The notes under the pieces are model-generated. The model was not told where the DNA came from, ran no database searches, and saw only the letters and a list, made by a program, of their open reading frames with translations. Below, one piece after another: positions 49,974 to 59,352 of a stretch of 63,258 bases of DNA (position 1 is the first letter of the stretch; each line of letters opens with the position of its first letter). The DNA comes from Candidatus Hermodarchaeota archaeon (lineage in GTDB: Archaea; Asgardarchaeota; Lokiarchaeia; Sigyniarchaeales; SOKP01): assembly GCA_048885925.1 (NCBI GenBank), contig JBHLLG010000014.1, positions 1-63,258 of the forward strand. Direction: 5' to 3'. The position numbers and the translations under genes are program-made.

Positions 49974-50915
49974 TTGAAAATAAGAGACCTTAATTTAAAA
50001 GATCATTCGATAACAATAGCAAGACGTATTGTTCAGATTATAGCCTTCCTCCTTGTTAATTATCTTATTCTTGAAATCATTTTCTCAATCAATTTAACAA
50101 GTATAAATGGGTTAATTAAAGTATTACCTATACTAAATTCCCCGAGAAATCCATTTTCAACAGGAGCCGGAATTTTAGAATACATATTTTTCTTTATAAC
50201 AGAAGGAATTATTCCTTTATTTCTAATAGGATTATTTATTTTACTCATACTATTCTCAAATAGATTTTTTTGTGGATGGATATGTCCTATAGGAACTATT
50301 CAGGATGCTTGTGCTGCTATTCCTACAAAAAAGAGAATTATAAAAACAAAAAGACACAATTCTTTTTTGAAAATAAAATATTTTATTGTAATCCTTTTAA
50401 TTATTATTGTGATTCCTTTAGTATTTTCAAAATCTACAAACCTACCATTGTATATAGAATATAGAAACAATATTGGGGATTTTGGAGATAAACCAATGGG
50501 ATACTTCTCTTTATCTGAATTTATTTTTGTTTTTTTTCCTAATTTAGTTAAAGCTATTTTTCAAACGGGCAGCTTAGCTCCACTTTTTTCTAATCTACTA
50601 GTATTTCTTATCTCAATTTTTTATATTATTATTATAGTCCTCTCTGTATGGTACCCAAGAGTATATTGTAGATACTTCTGCCCATTTGCAGCAGTTAGTT
50701 CTGTTATAAGTGAATATTCATTTCTTAAACTTTCAAGGAGCCCAGTAAGATGTGTAGGAAGAACTAAGTGTGGAATTTGTGAAAGAGTTTGCCCAAAACA
50801 GATACGAATACTTGATGATAAATTTGAATTTTTTACAGGTAACGGGGAATGTAACTATTGTCTTCGGTGCAAGGAAGCCTGTCCATATAAAGCAATCAAT
50901 ATTAAATTTGGTTAA
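49974..50915 (+). CDS. Membrane 4Fe-4S binding protein (NapH/MauN-like)
   Basis: RFFCGWICPIG, RVYCRYFCPF, C..CGICERVCP, CNYCLRCKEACP. Confidence 0.88.
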   Translation: MKIRDLNLKDHSITIARRIVQIIAFLLVNYLILEIIFSINLTSINGLIKVLPILNSPRNPFSTGAGILEYIFFFITEGIIPLFLIGLFILLILFSNRFFCGWICPIGTIQDACAAIPTKKRIIKTKRHNSFLKIKYFIVILLIIIVIPLVFSKSTNLPLYIEYRNNIGDFGDKPMGYFSLSEFIFVFFPNLVKAIFQTGSLAPLFSNLLVFLISIFYIIIIVLSVWYPRVYCRYFCPFAAVSSVISEYSFLKLSRSPVRCVGRTKCGICERVCPKQIRILDDKFEFFTGNGECNYCLRCKEACPYKAINIKFG

Positions 50916-51075
50916 CTTAACAAAAAATTTGTTAATTTTCAAAAATAATTCATATTATTTCAAATATATTTAATTTTCCATTAAACATTAAAAAATCATA
51001 TTACAAAAATCTAAAATACAACAATTCTAATCATATATTAACAATTAAGTAGAATCTAAAATTTGAATAATAACA

Positions 51076-52269
51076 ATGGATAAACGTACAATTGAACTTT
51101 TACAACAACGAATGAAAAGAGATATCGGAATTTATGGTATATTAGATTCTGAAGCTTCTAGATATTATGAAGAAGAAACTGATGAAATTCGACCTCCATT
51201 TTTCCGCGATGTTGATAGAATTGTTCATAGTAAAGCGTTTGCAAGATATATTGATAAATCACAAGTATTTTTTGAGATTAATAATGCTAATATAACTCAC
51301 AGGTCTCTCCATGTAACCTTAGTATCAAGGTTAGCTCGCCAAGTGGGTCGCGTTTTAAGATTGAATACTGACTTAATAGAAGCTATTGCATTGGGACATG
51401 ATATTGGTCATTCTCCATTTGGCCATATAGGAGAAGATATATTAAATGAAATCAGTCAGAAATATCGTATGGGTAATTTCAGTCATAACGCTCAGGGCTT
51501 AAGATGGCTCTCATATCTTGAAAAAAGATTTCCAAACGAACCTGCCCAAGGACTTAATTTAACATTACAAGTTTTAGATGGAATTCTTTGTCATGATGGA
51601 GAAGTAAATGAACAAAATTTGAAACCAATTACCCGTAATGGAAAAACCTGGAATGATCATTTTAAAGAATACAATGATGCTTTTAATGAAAATAAAATAA
51701 AAAGAATACCAATGACTTATGAAGGTATTGTTACTAGATTCTGTGACACCATTTCTTATATTGGAAGGGATATTGAAGATGCAATTCTTCTTAAATTAAT
51801 TAACAGGAAAGAAATCCCAGATAATTGTAAAAAAATACTTGGTGATACAAATCCTAAAATAATAGATACTTTAATAACAGATTTACTTAGCTATAGCTTA
51901 GATAATGAATTTATTGGATATAGTGATGAAATATTCCAAGCTTTAAAAGAACTGAAAGCTTTTAATTACAAAAAAATTTATATTAGAAGAGACTTAGAAG
52001 AAATCTCCTCTGACAGAACATTCTTAGATATATTAAAAAATAAATTTCTTTTAATTTTTGAAAGATCACTTCTACATTTAGAACAAGAAGATTATAATAC
52101 CCCTATATTTAAAGATCATATTGAATATATCGATGATCAAAATTACAGCACATATTTTAAACCCTTACAAAAGCAGAAAAATCTACCCCTTATTGTAAGA
52201 GATTATATTGCAGGAATGTCTGATAAATATTTCAATGAAATCTATGAAAGATTTCGCAAATTAAAATAA
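51076..52269 (+). CDS. HD-domain dGTP triphosphohydrolase-like protein
   Basis: RPPFFRDVDRI, KSQVF, HRSLH, GHDIGHSPFGHIGE, DYIAGMSD. Confidence 0.88.
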   Translation: MDKRTIELLQQRMKRDIGIYGILDSEASRYYEEETDEIRPPFFRDVDRIVHSKAFARYIDKSQVFFEINNANITHRSLHVTLVSRLARQVGRVLRLNTDLIEAIALGHDIGHSPFGHIGEDILNEISQKYRMGNFSHNAQGLRWLSYLEKRFPNEPAQGLNLTLQVLDGILCHDGEVNEQNLKPITRNGKTWNDHFKEYNDAFNENKIKRIPMTYEGIVTRFCDTISYIGRDIEDAILLKLINRKEIPDNCKKILGDTNPKIIDTLITDLLSYSLDNEFIGYSDEIFQALKELKAFNYKKIYIRRDLEEISSDRTFLDILKNKFLLIFERSLLHLEQEDYNTPIFKDHIEYIDDQNYSTYFKPLQKQKNLPLIVRDYIAGMSDKYFNEIYERFRKLK

Positions 52270-52341
52270 TTTAAATTAAGTTTACTAGTTTTAATTTTAA
52301 AATGTTATACTTATATCACATTGATATTTAATGAAAGAGGG

Positions 52342-52485
52342 TGGATTACACAATAAGGAGGAATTGTTTGTAAAAAGGGTTCTCAGTTTATACACGGGGT
52401 TTTTTTCAGTCACACAGGGTTTTTAAAATTAGTTTTTTAAACTGATATCTTTTCGAATCCTCCATAAAGATGTGCGTGTAATCCA
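52342..52485 (-). ncRNA. Candidate ~145-nt structured non-coding RNA (unknown family)
   Basis: Three nested inverted repeats and a TATA-like TTTTATAAA about 22 nt upstream on the minus strand. Confidence 0.45.
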
Positions 52486-52888
52486 ATAAAATATATAGTT
52501 TTTACTTTATAAAAACCTATCCAATTTAGCTAAAAAATAGTAAAATGAAGTCGCTTATAATTTGCAAGTTGTTCTTAATAATTTTTTAGGTTTGATCAAC
52601 ATTTTAAAAAAGTCCTTATCATTTAGTTTATCTTTTCCCATAAAACTTTATAAAATAATTCAGAAATATTCACTGAATTAATTTATCAATGCGTTATACT
52701 ATTCTTATAAAAATTATTTTAAGTAATTTCTAAAAGATTTAACCCCGCCATGTGTATTTTTGCTCGTTGAATTCACACTACTTTTTGAAAAGAAATACAT
52801 TTTTAAAAAGTCAATAAAAAATGAAAAATCTACATTTAACTAATAAGAAAGGTTTTTTAGAAGATTCAAATTATTAATATTCAAATAT

Positions 52889-52961
52889 AGCGGATTGGTG
52901 TAGAGGTCAAGCATTTGGGACTCTGAATCCTGAGACAGCGGTTCGAATCCGCTATCCGCTA
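52889..52961 (+). tRNA. tRNA-Gln (CTG)
   Basis: Acceptor stem AGCGGAT/ATCCGCT (A1-U72 as in archaeal tRNA-Gln), anticodon loop CTCTGAA, T arm GGTTCGAATCC. Confidence 0.93.
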
Positions 52962-52991
52962 TTAACTTTCTACATTGGGGGATAAAAAGCT

Positions 52992-53351
52992 TTATCCTGT
53001 ACGTTTAATGATGTGGTAACCATACTGAGTTTTTATAGGTTGTGAAATTTCACCAATCTTTAATTTTGTACATGCTGACCAAAACTCGGGGACCATATCT
53101 CCTTTAGCAAATTCTCCAAGATTACCTCCTCTCTTCCTGCTGGAGCATGTGGAGTAGTTGGTAGCCAATTGTTCAAATTTCTCTCCTGCCTTCAGATCTT
53201 CATAAATTTCTTGAGCTTTACTATATTTTTCTACTAAGATGTGGCTTGCCTTAATTTTACTTCCTTTAATAGGATCTCCTCCTTTTCCAGAGCTATCACT
53301 CTTTAAGTCTATTCCCTTTTGATAACCTTTCCCATATTTATTTTTTCCCAT
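52992..53351 (-). CDS. Parvulin-type peptidyl-prolyl isomerase with basic Gly/Lys N-terminal tail
   Basis: ASHILVEK, FEQLATNYS, GGNLG, MVPEF, KTQYGYHII. Confidence 0.92.
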   Translation of the reverse strand: MGKNKYGKGYQKGIDLKSDSSGKGGDPIKGSKIKASHILVEKYSKAQEIYEDLKAGEKFEQLATNYSTCSSRKRGGNLGEFAKGDMVPEFWSACTKLKIGEISQPIKTQYGYHIIKRTG

Positions 53352-53431
53352 AATAATTTTCCAAAAGTTGATTTATTTTTATGTATAATCTTAATCAATA
53401 CATTCAGGTATATAGTACAAAAAAATAGATT

Positions 53432-53848
53432 TTAATTTATAATTAAATACCTAAAATTTTTTATTTCTTCAATGCTGTTTATTTCAACAACAAGTCTTTG
53501 GAAATCTTGGAGCTCTCCATCAAAAACCATAAAAGTAATAAAGTTTTGATTCACATAATTCTGATTTTTACTCACAATCTGTTCTTTATACTCACTTTCA
53601 ATTCTATTCAATTTCTTTTGAACATTATATTCATTTGGAGCAACAATAATCATATTACCAATTATGCTTCTGCTTGTCGGAATTAGCTCAGTAGACCCCT
53701 CAAGAACAGCAGATACATCTTCTGTTGACATTAAACGTAATAAAGCGTCTCTAATCAATTTAGACTTATTTTCATATTGATTTTTATTAACAAGCTTATT
53801 TATAAACTTTTTTAAGCTTTCATTCAAAGATATTGAGATAATTGGCAT
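53432..53848 (-). CDS. Ribbon-helix-helix (CopG/NikR-like) regulator with ACT-like C-terminal domain
   Basis: MPIISISL...YENKSKLIRDAL RHH motif. The C-domain has no His, so NikR nickel ligands are absent. Start set at ATG 53848. Confidence 0.8.
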   Translation of the reverse strand: MPIISISLNESLKKFINKLVNKNQYENKSKLIRDALLRLMSTEDVSAVLEGSTELIPTSRSIIGNMIIVAPNEYNVQKKLNRIESEYKEQIVSKNQNYVNQNFITFMVFDGELQDFQRLVVEINSIEEIKNFRYLIIN

Positions 53849-53926
53849 AGTTAAAGGCAAAATTATTAATTTTAATATAAAATATAGAGTCGTAAACTTA
53901 TAAAGTTTTATCCATATAAAAAATAG

Positions 53927-56296
53927 TTATAATTTAATAGATCTTGCGATCACATTCCTAAAGTTATCGATTTCTACAACTAATTTCTCAGCGTCTTCAT
54001 CTGTAATTTTATCATCTTTCCCATATTTATTCAAATTAGTTAACCAGAATTCCATCCTACCCAATATCGCTTCCTTATCACCCATGATTTTTCTTACTCT
54101 AATAAATGTATCATGTAATTTCGTTCTGATGTTTTGGGCTTTCCATCTTAACATACAATAATCTGACATCTCTGCTAGATTCTGAGTTATTGCCATTACA
54201 TCAATTGTTTTCTCACGTTCTTCTGATTTAATCTTCCGAATAAGATTGATTTCTTCGAATAATAATTCAATCACTTTTGCAAGAAAGCCAGTTAGCTGAC
54301 CAGCATGATTGCACCATACTCTAACCTCTAATGACTGATTTGCCTCGGATACATAGATTCTCGTAACAATTCTTCCTCCCCCCACTTTTGCTTCTGAGCA
54401 ATGCCAACTTTCCGCTTCATATTTTCCTTTAACATCATCACCTTCGTGTGAAGTTACAGTACTTACTTCAAAACGCTTAATTGTTCTAACAGCAGCTCTA
54501 AAGGCAAGTCTAGGATCTATATCAGCAATTAAAAATGCACGTGCATCATTAGGTAAGTCCTGAATTGCAATCTGGATATCTTCAATCGTTGCTAAACATG
54601 AAACAACCAAAGGACATTTAATTTGAACTTCTTTTTTTCGGATATGTGATGTATGCTTTGTTCCATCTGCAGTTTTATAAATCACATCACCACCAATATT
54701 CGATATTCCACATTCTCTAGGTTCTAAATAGAAATCAACACCTCTAGAATTCTTAGCTTCTATAACTGGGATGTTAATCAATGGATTTTTCGCTTTATAA
54801 CTAGAAGGAACATCCAATATTACTTTTACTGAATTTATAGCCATACTACTATTATTTCTTACAACGACTTTAAAGTGTAATTGGCCTCCCACAAAATCAT
54901 AATCACGTACTACTTCAATCTTTCCTTCATCAATGGGTTCGGTTTCTTTTGATATTGTTTGGGATTTCGATTCTATTGGAACACTGTAAGCAACAAAAGT
55001 TCTTTTCGACATATCGATATACCCGTCTATATCTCCTCTAGCAATAATCTGAGCAAGATTTTCTTCTATACTTGTTTCGGTTACACCTAATCTATTAGAA
55101 AGCTCTCTCAAAGGCATAGTTCTATATGCTCTAGCTAGTTCTTTAATCTTTTTCTCCATATATTTGTTTGTCATAAATTCTCTCCTTTGTGTAAAAATGC
55201 CTTTTATATCACCAGTCTTAATGAGCTCATGAAGACTCTTTCTTGCTAATTCTTCTGCAATTTTTAATCTTATGGCAAGTTTTGAGAGTTCAAACAATCC
55301 AATGTCTTTAGAATACCCTTTAATCTCTTTATAAATCTGATCTGCTGTAATAACTTCATTTCCCCGATCTGCAAAATATCCATTTACCGCTTTTGCTCTC
55401 ATTAAATTAACACAAAAAGATTTAACAAGTTCTTTTGGGAGATTAAATATTTTCGAGAGATCTTTTATAGAACTCCTACCTTTACTTTTAATTTCTTTTA
55501 TTAAATTGTCTAAAATATATTTTTGAGTGTAATAAATATCTTTATTTAAAGAAAAGGAACCTTTAATTTGGAATTGATTAATTAATGTATATATCACTTT
55601 TGTAGCAATCTCAGAGCTCATATCAAGCATTACTCCTAAATCTGCTACATTTATGATACCTTCATCTTGAAATTTAGATAATATTTTTTCACGCATTTCC
55701 GAAGAAATATAATAAAACATTTGGTTTTTTTGATCGATTATTCCATAAATTCGTTCTTCATCAATATATTTATTAATAAACTTAATCATTTGCTCCGCTG
55801 ATATAAAAAAGGAATCAATTATAGTTGAAAAGTTAGTTAATGGAGCTCTTTGTAATAAATCCAAGAAACATTTAGGACATACTTCCTTTCCTACTATATG
55901 TTTTAGTTTCTTGCTACATAATGTCATGCGATTACCCTTTATAAGATTGTACCTTATTGACTCTCTTGCAAGTTTCTCCTTTGAAGGAAAAAATAATCCC
56001 GGTGTTTTTAAATAGGAATTCCATTCTTCTGGGCACTCAGGATTTATACATTCTAAATAATATTGCCCTGACGATAATCTTTCTAATCTTAATAGATGTT
56101 TACAAATTGGGCATTCACTATTTTCAACAACAGTACACTTAAAATTTCTTTCTACAGCTTTGACTTTAGAATAAAATAGATCATGTTTTTTACATTCATG
56201 AGTCTCAGTTGTAGCTATATGATTAATACAAAAACTAGATTTACATTTCTCGCATGTAAAATCGATTTTTTCGTTTTCACAGAATAAACATTTCAT
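53927..56296 (-). CDS. Multidomain protein: Zn fingers, tandem winged helices, PCI-like domain, Ig-like appendage/platform-like C-terminus
   Basis: Many CxxC pairs in the N-terminus; repeated I.G..........T...I...I wH units; RAYRTMPLRELSNRLGV..IARGDIDGYID (PCI-like); FKVVVRNNS..VDFYLEP beta-sandwich. Confidence 0.65.
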   Translation of the reverse strand: MKCLFCENEKIDFTCEKCKSSFCINHIATTETHECKKHDLFYSKVKAVERNFKCTVVENSECPICKHLLRLERLSSGQYYLECINPECPEEWNSYLKTPGLFFPSKEKLARESIRYNLIKGNRMTLCSKKLKHIVGKEVCPKCFLDLLQRAPLTNFSTIIDSFFISAEQMIKFINKYIDEERIYGIIDQKNQMFYYISSEMREKILSKFQDEGIINVADLGVMLDMSSEIATKVIYTLINQFQIKGSFSLNKDIYYTQKYILDNLIKEIKSKGRSSIKDLSKIFNLPKELVKSFCVNLMRAKAVNGYFADRGNEVITADQIYKEIKGYSKDIGLFELSKLAIRLKIAEELARKSLHELIKTGDIKGIFTQRREFMTNKYMEKKIKELARAYRTMPLRELSNRLGVTETSIEENLAQIIARGDIDGYIDMSKRTFVAYSVPIESKSQTISKETEPIDEGKIEVVRDYDFVGGQLHFKVVVRNNSSMAINSVKVILDVPSSYKAKNPLINIPVIEAKNSRGVDFYLEPRECGISNIGGDVIYKTADGTKHTSHIRKKEVQIKCPLVVSCLATIEDIQIAIQDLPNDARAFLIADIDPRLAFRAAVRTIKRFEVSTVTSHEGDDVKGKYEAESWHCSEAKVGGGRIVTRIYVSEANQSLEVRVWCNHAGQLTGFLAKVIELLFEEINLIRKIKSEEREKTIDVMAITQNLAEMSDYCMLRWKAQNIRTKLHDTFIRVRKIMGDKEAILGRMEFWLTNLNKYGKDDKITDEDAEKLVVEIDNFRNVIARSIKL

Positions 56297-56454
56297 TTTT
56301 TTAAATCTTTTTCCAATTGTTGAATTCTATTTAATATAATAGAATTTTATCTTAAAATATTTATATAGACCAATTTTATATATGCTTAAAACAATGGAGT
56401 TTTTTAATTATTTTTAACTTTTCCATTAATTTATATTAAAAGTAATTTCCTAAA

Positions 56455-57183
56455 TTAGAAGGATACCTCTGGAAAGACACGAATTCTCAGGAAACTTAAT
56501 ATCATTACGATTGTATTGAAAATAATAATGATTATTATCATACTGATTAAAATCCATTTCCTTTTAGATTTATCAGATTTAATAATCTGAGATGTTCCAT
56601 GTTTAGCTAAAGCTAAAGGAAATAATCCAATAAATGTACCAACCGAAAAATAAAACACGGTAAATATCCCATCAATAAATCCTAAAACACTAGCTAAAGA
56701 ATATTGTAAACATTGTGAATAGATAAATAATTCAAAGATACAAGGCGCAAATCCTGCTAAAATACCAAATAAATAAGGTGTTTTTTTCTTTTCCCAATTA
56801 AACTGGAAAAGTTCATCTTTTCTTTTTGAGTGTGGCATATACCCTTTTCTAGTAATAAAAAATAATAGGATAAATCCCGCGAACATTGAAGTGATTGCCC
56901 CAAAGAAATTAATCGTATGATATTCGGGGAGTATTCCTGGAATTAGAAACTGGGGAATAAGGCTAACTAAAATGGTTCCTGAAGCAATTAACATGTTCGA
57001 TGTCATTAATCCCAGTCCATAAAGCATTAAGATAAAAACACTCTTTTTTGGAGATTTCGAAATCCCAAAAGACCAAAAAAAGAAAATAGCTTTATCCTCA
57101 CATGGAATTAAAGTGTGAAGAATTCCTAGAAAAAATGCTGGAAAAAAAATCAGTAATAATGGTGGTGGGTAAAATTCTAACAT
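56455..57183 (-). CDS. Membrane protein of the NicO/UreH/DsbD_2-like transporter superfamily
   Basis: LGILHTLIPC, GILAGFAPC, FSVGT; about six TM helices. Confidence 0.6.
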   Translation of the reverse strand: MLEFYPPPLLLIFFPAFFLGILHTLIPCEDKAIFFFWSFGISKSPKKSVFILMLYGLGLMTSNMLIASGTILVSLIPQFLIPGILPEYHTINFFGAITSMFAGFILLFFITRKGYMPHSKRKDELFQFNWEKKKTPYLFGILAGFAPCIFELFIYSQCLQYSLASVLGFIDGIFTVFYFSVGTFIGLFPLALAKHGTSQIIKSDKSKRKWILISMIIIIIIFNTIVMILSFLRIRVFPEVSF

Positions 57184-57308
57184 TTTAATTTCAAAGTTTC
57201 AATTTAGCTTATAAAGAAAGGATTTTCTTTTTTGTTATTATATTTTCATTGATCATATTTAGAATTTTTTATTATAGAAAATGGAATTTTTTAATATAGG
57301 ATGATAGG

Positions 57309-58577
57309 TTAGTTCTCTTGATTATCTAAAACTTTCATTAAACATATTCTACTAACACTATAAAATGTAATTAATAAGAAGAGAGTACTCATAAAATTCA
57401 AAGGAAACCATTTTTGAGTTAAAAACCAAATGCCCATAAATCCTAGATCAAAAAAGTTAAAGAAAAATAAACTCGGTTTTAAATAATTCTCTGTAATATT
57501 AGAATCTCTTGGTATAGAGAATATCAGTATTATTAAGATTGGTGTTAATACTAAAAGATGATGGGGCCAAGAATCATAATAAACAAGTAGCATAATTAAA
57601 ATGCCAAAAAGATAAGCGAAAATAATAGAATTATTTTTACTCTTACGAAAAATAAATATGAAAAAACTGGGTCCTCCAATTATAAATAAAATAATTATGA
57701 GAATCAGTAAAGGATTATAAGAAATGTTATAAAATATACAGAAGTTAGTTATAATCTTAGTTAAGCTAAAAGAATGATTTAAAATTATTGGCTCCTCACC
57801 CGTAAAATTAGTAGAAATAAAGCCTTCCCATAATTTTGGAAAGACAATAAAGAAAGTAAAATTTAGTGTTAAAGGTAAAATTACACCAATTAGTCTTATT
57901 AAAGTTCTTAAAAATTCGAATTCAAATTTTTTCTCTTGATAATTGAATTGTATTATAATTAAAAATGGAATCATAAATATTGTAATTGGCTTGATTATAA
58001 CACTTATTCCTAAAATAATGCTTGCGATGAAATCCCACCTTACTTTTTCATGCTTTAAAAATAATAATAGGGATAATAAAATCAAGAAAGTGACATATAA
58101 ATTTATTTGACCCAAAATGTAATTAAATAGATTAGGTAAACTTAATAAAAATAGACTAATATATAAAATAATCCTTTTATCTTCTCCTGCATAATCCTCC
58201 CTTCTAATATGAATAATAATCTTATAAATCAGGACACAAATTACTATATTCAATAATAAATTAATGAAATTAAATATAATAAAGCCCGTATCAAAACCCA
58301 AAAAATAAAAAGGTACAAATAAGGTAGCAGAAATTGGAAAATATCTAAATGGCCATAAATAATCTGCAGTATAAAGATTATTGATATCAGTAATAAAAAC
58401 CTCACCAACTTTATAGTATACAAGAAAATCATTTTGATATCTGAAAAAAATAAGAGTAAGAAAGATAGATAGTATCAAATAAAAAAAATGAATTATAACA
58501 GCAAAGCGAAATATTTTATATTCCCAAAGTTCCCAAAATCGCTTACTTATCTTATAATACAATATTTTTAAATTCAT
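57309..58577 (-). CDS. GT87/DUF2029-like GT-C membrane glycosyltransferase
   Basis: DF.VYY, FRYFP, GQIN, IKP, N.S, SWPHH. Confidence 0.8.
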   Translation of the reverse strand: MNLKILYYKISKRFWELWEYKIFRFAVIIHFFYLILSIFLTLIFFRYQNDFLVYYKVGEVFITDINNLYTADYLWPFRYFPISATLFVPFYFLGFDTGFIIFNFINLLLNIVICVLIYKIIIHIRREDYAGEDKRIILYISLFLLSLPNLFNYILGQINLYVTFLILLSLLLFLKHEKVRWDFIASIILGISVIIKPITIFMIPFLIIIQFNYQEKKFEFEFLRTLIRLIGVILPLTLNFTFFIVFPKLWEGFISTNFTGEEPIILNHSFSLTKIITNFCIFYNISYNPLLILIIILFIIGGPSFFIFIFRKSKNNSIIFAYLFGILIMLLVYYDSWPHHLLVLTPILIILIFSIPRDSNITENYLKPSLFFFNFFDLGFMGIWFLTQKWFPLNFMSTLFLLITFYSVSRICLMKVLDNQEN

Positions 58578-59349
58578 CCTTTAATACACTTTTGCTCAAT
58601 TGTCGATTTTTTAAAATTCTTCTTTTTTTATATAAAAATAATATTATTCCTATAGAAAAAATAATTAATAAACCCAGTAAGGTTGGAATTACGTGGGGTG
58701 GTAAATAATCTAATGAAATATCTAAAATAACTACATTTCCAATAGTATAAAGCTTGTAAGAGTTCAAAATTCCTTGATCATTATAAAATGCAATTATTTT
58801 AATTCCTTCTGAGGGAAGTCCAGGTAATACCTCATCTCTTTCAATTTCAACATTTAAAGTAGGTAAAACTCTATTATCTACATCATACCATTCAATTAAA
58901 CTCAATCCTCCCAAGTATTCCCCCACCGGAACAGGAAACCAAAAAGGTACAAAAGACGAATAGCTTGAAAAATTCAGATTTTGAGGATAATCATTTGGGT
59001 TAACAAAATAGGTCATCAGAAAATCTTTATTCTTTATTCCCCAACTCTCTTCACTAGACCATTCCCAAATGCTAAAATTTATTCCTATAAAAGTTTGATT
59101 AATATTTATATCATTTACTTGCCATTTCATTTTCTTCCCTACATTTAAATTTTTAAAAATCCCAAAATCATTCCATTCATTACCAAGTATATAATCTAAC
59201 TTTATTGCGTTGAATTCATTACATTTCCATATTAATTCTTGATTTTTACTGACTCCTGCTCGATAATTAGTAGCAATTGCATTTGGCATAACACTGGTAA
59301 ATAATAAAAGAACAATAATAAAGTTAAATAAAAATACTTTTTTTCTCAA
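58552..59349 (-). CDS. Secreted, C-terminally membrane-anchored surface protein
   Basis: Signal peptide MRKKVFLFNFIIVLLLF..., C-terminal TM helix followed by KKRR, sequons NQT/NFS/NFS. Confidence 0.75.
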   Translation of the reverse strand: MRKKVFLFNFIIVLLLFTSVMPNAIATNYRAGVSKNQELIWKCNEFNAIKLDYILGNEWNDFGIFKNLNVGKKMKWQVNDININQTFIGINFSIWEWSSEESWGIKNKDFLMTYFVNPNDYPQNLNFSSYSSFVPFWFPVPVGEYLGGLSLIEWYDVDNRVLPTLNVEIERDEVLPGLPSEGIKIIAFYNDQGILNSYKLYTIGNVVILDISLDYLPPHVIPTLLGLLIIFSIGIILFLYKKRRILKNRQLSKSVLKDEFKNIVL

Positions 59350-59352
59350 GTT

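Noticed and set aside
52331-52426. 31-codon plus-strand ORF (MKEGGLHNK...) within the candidate ncRNA
   Set aside because: Very short with no motif; the nested base-pairing explains the region better.
53432-53848. Calling the RHH regulator nikR
   Set aside because: The His/Cys nickel ligands are absent; only the architecture matches.
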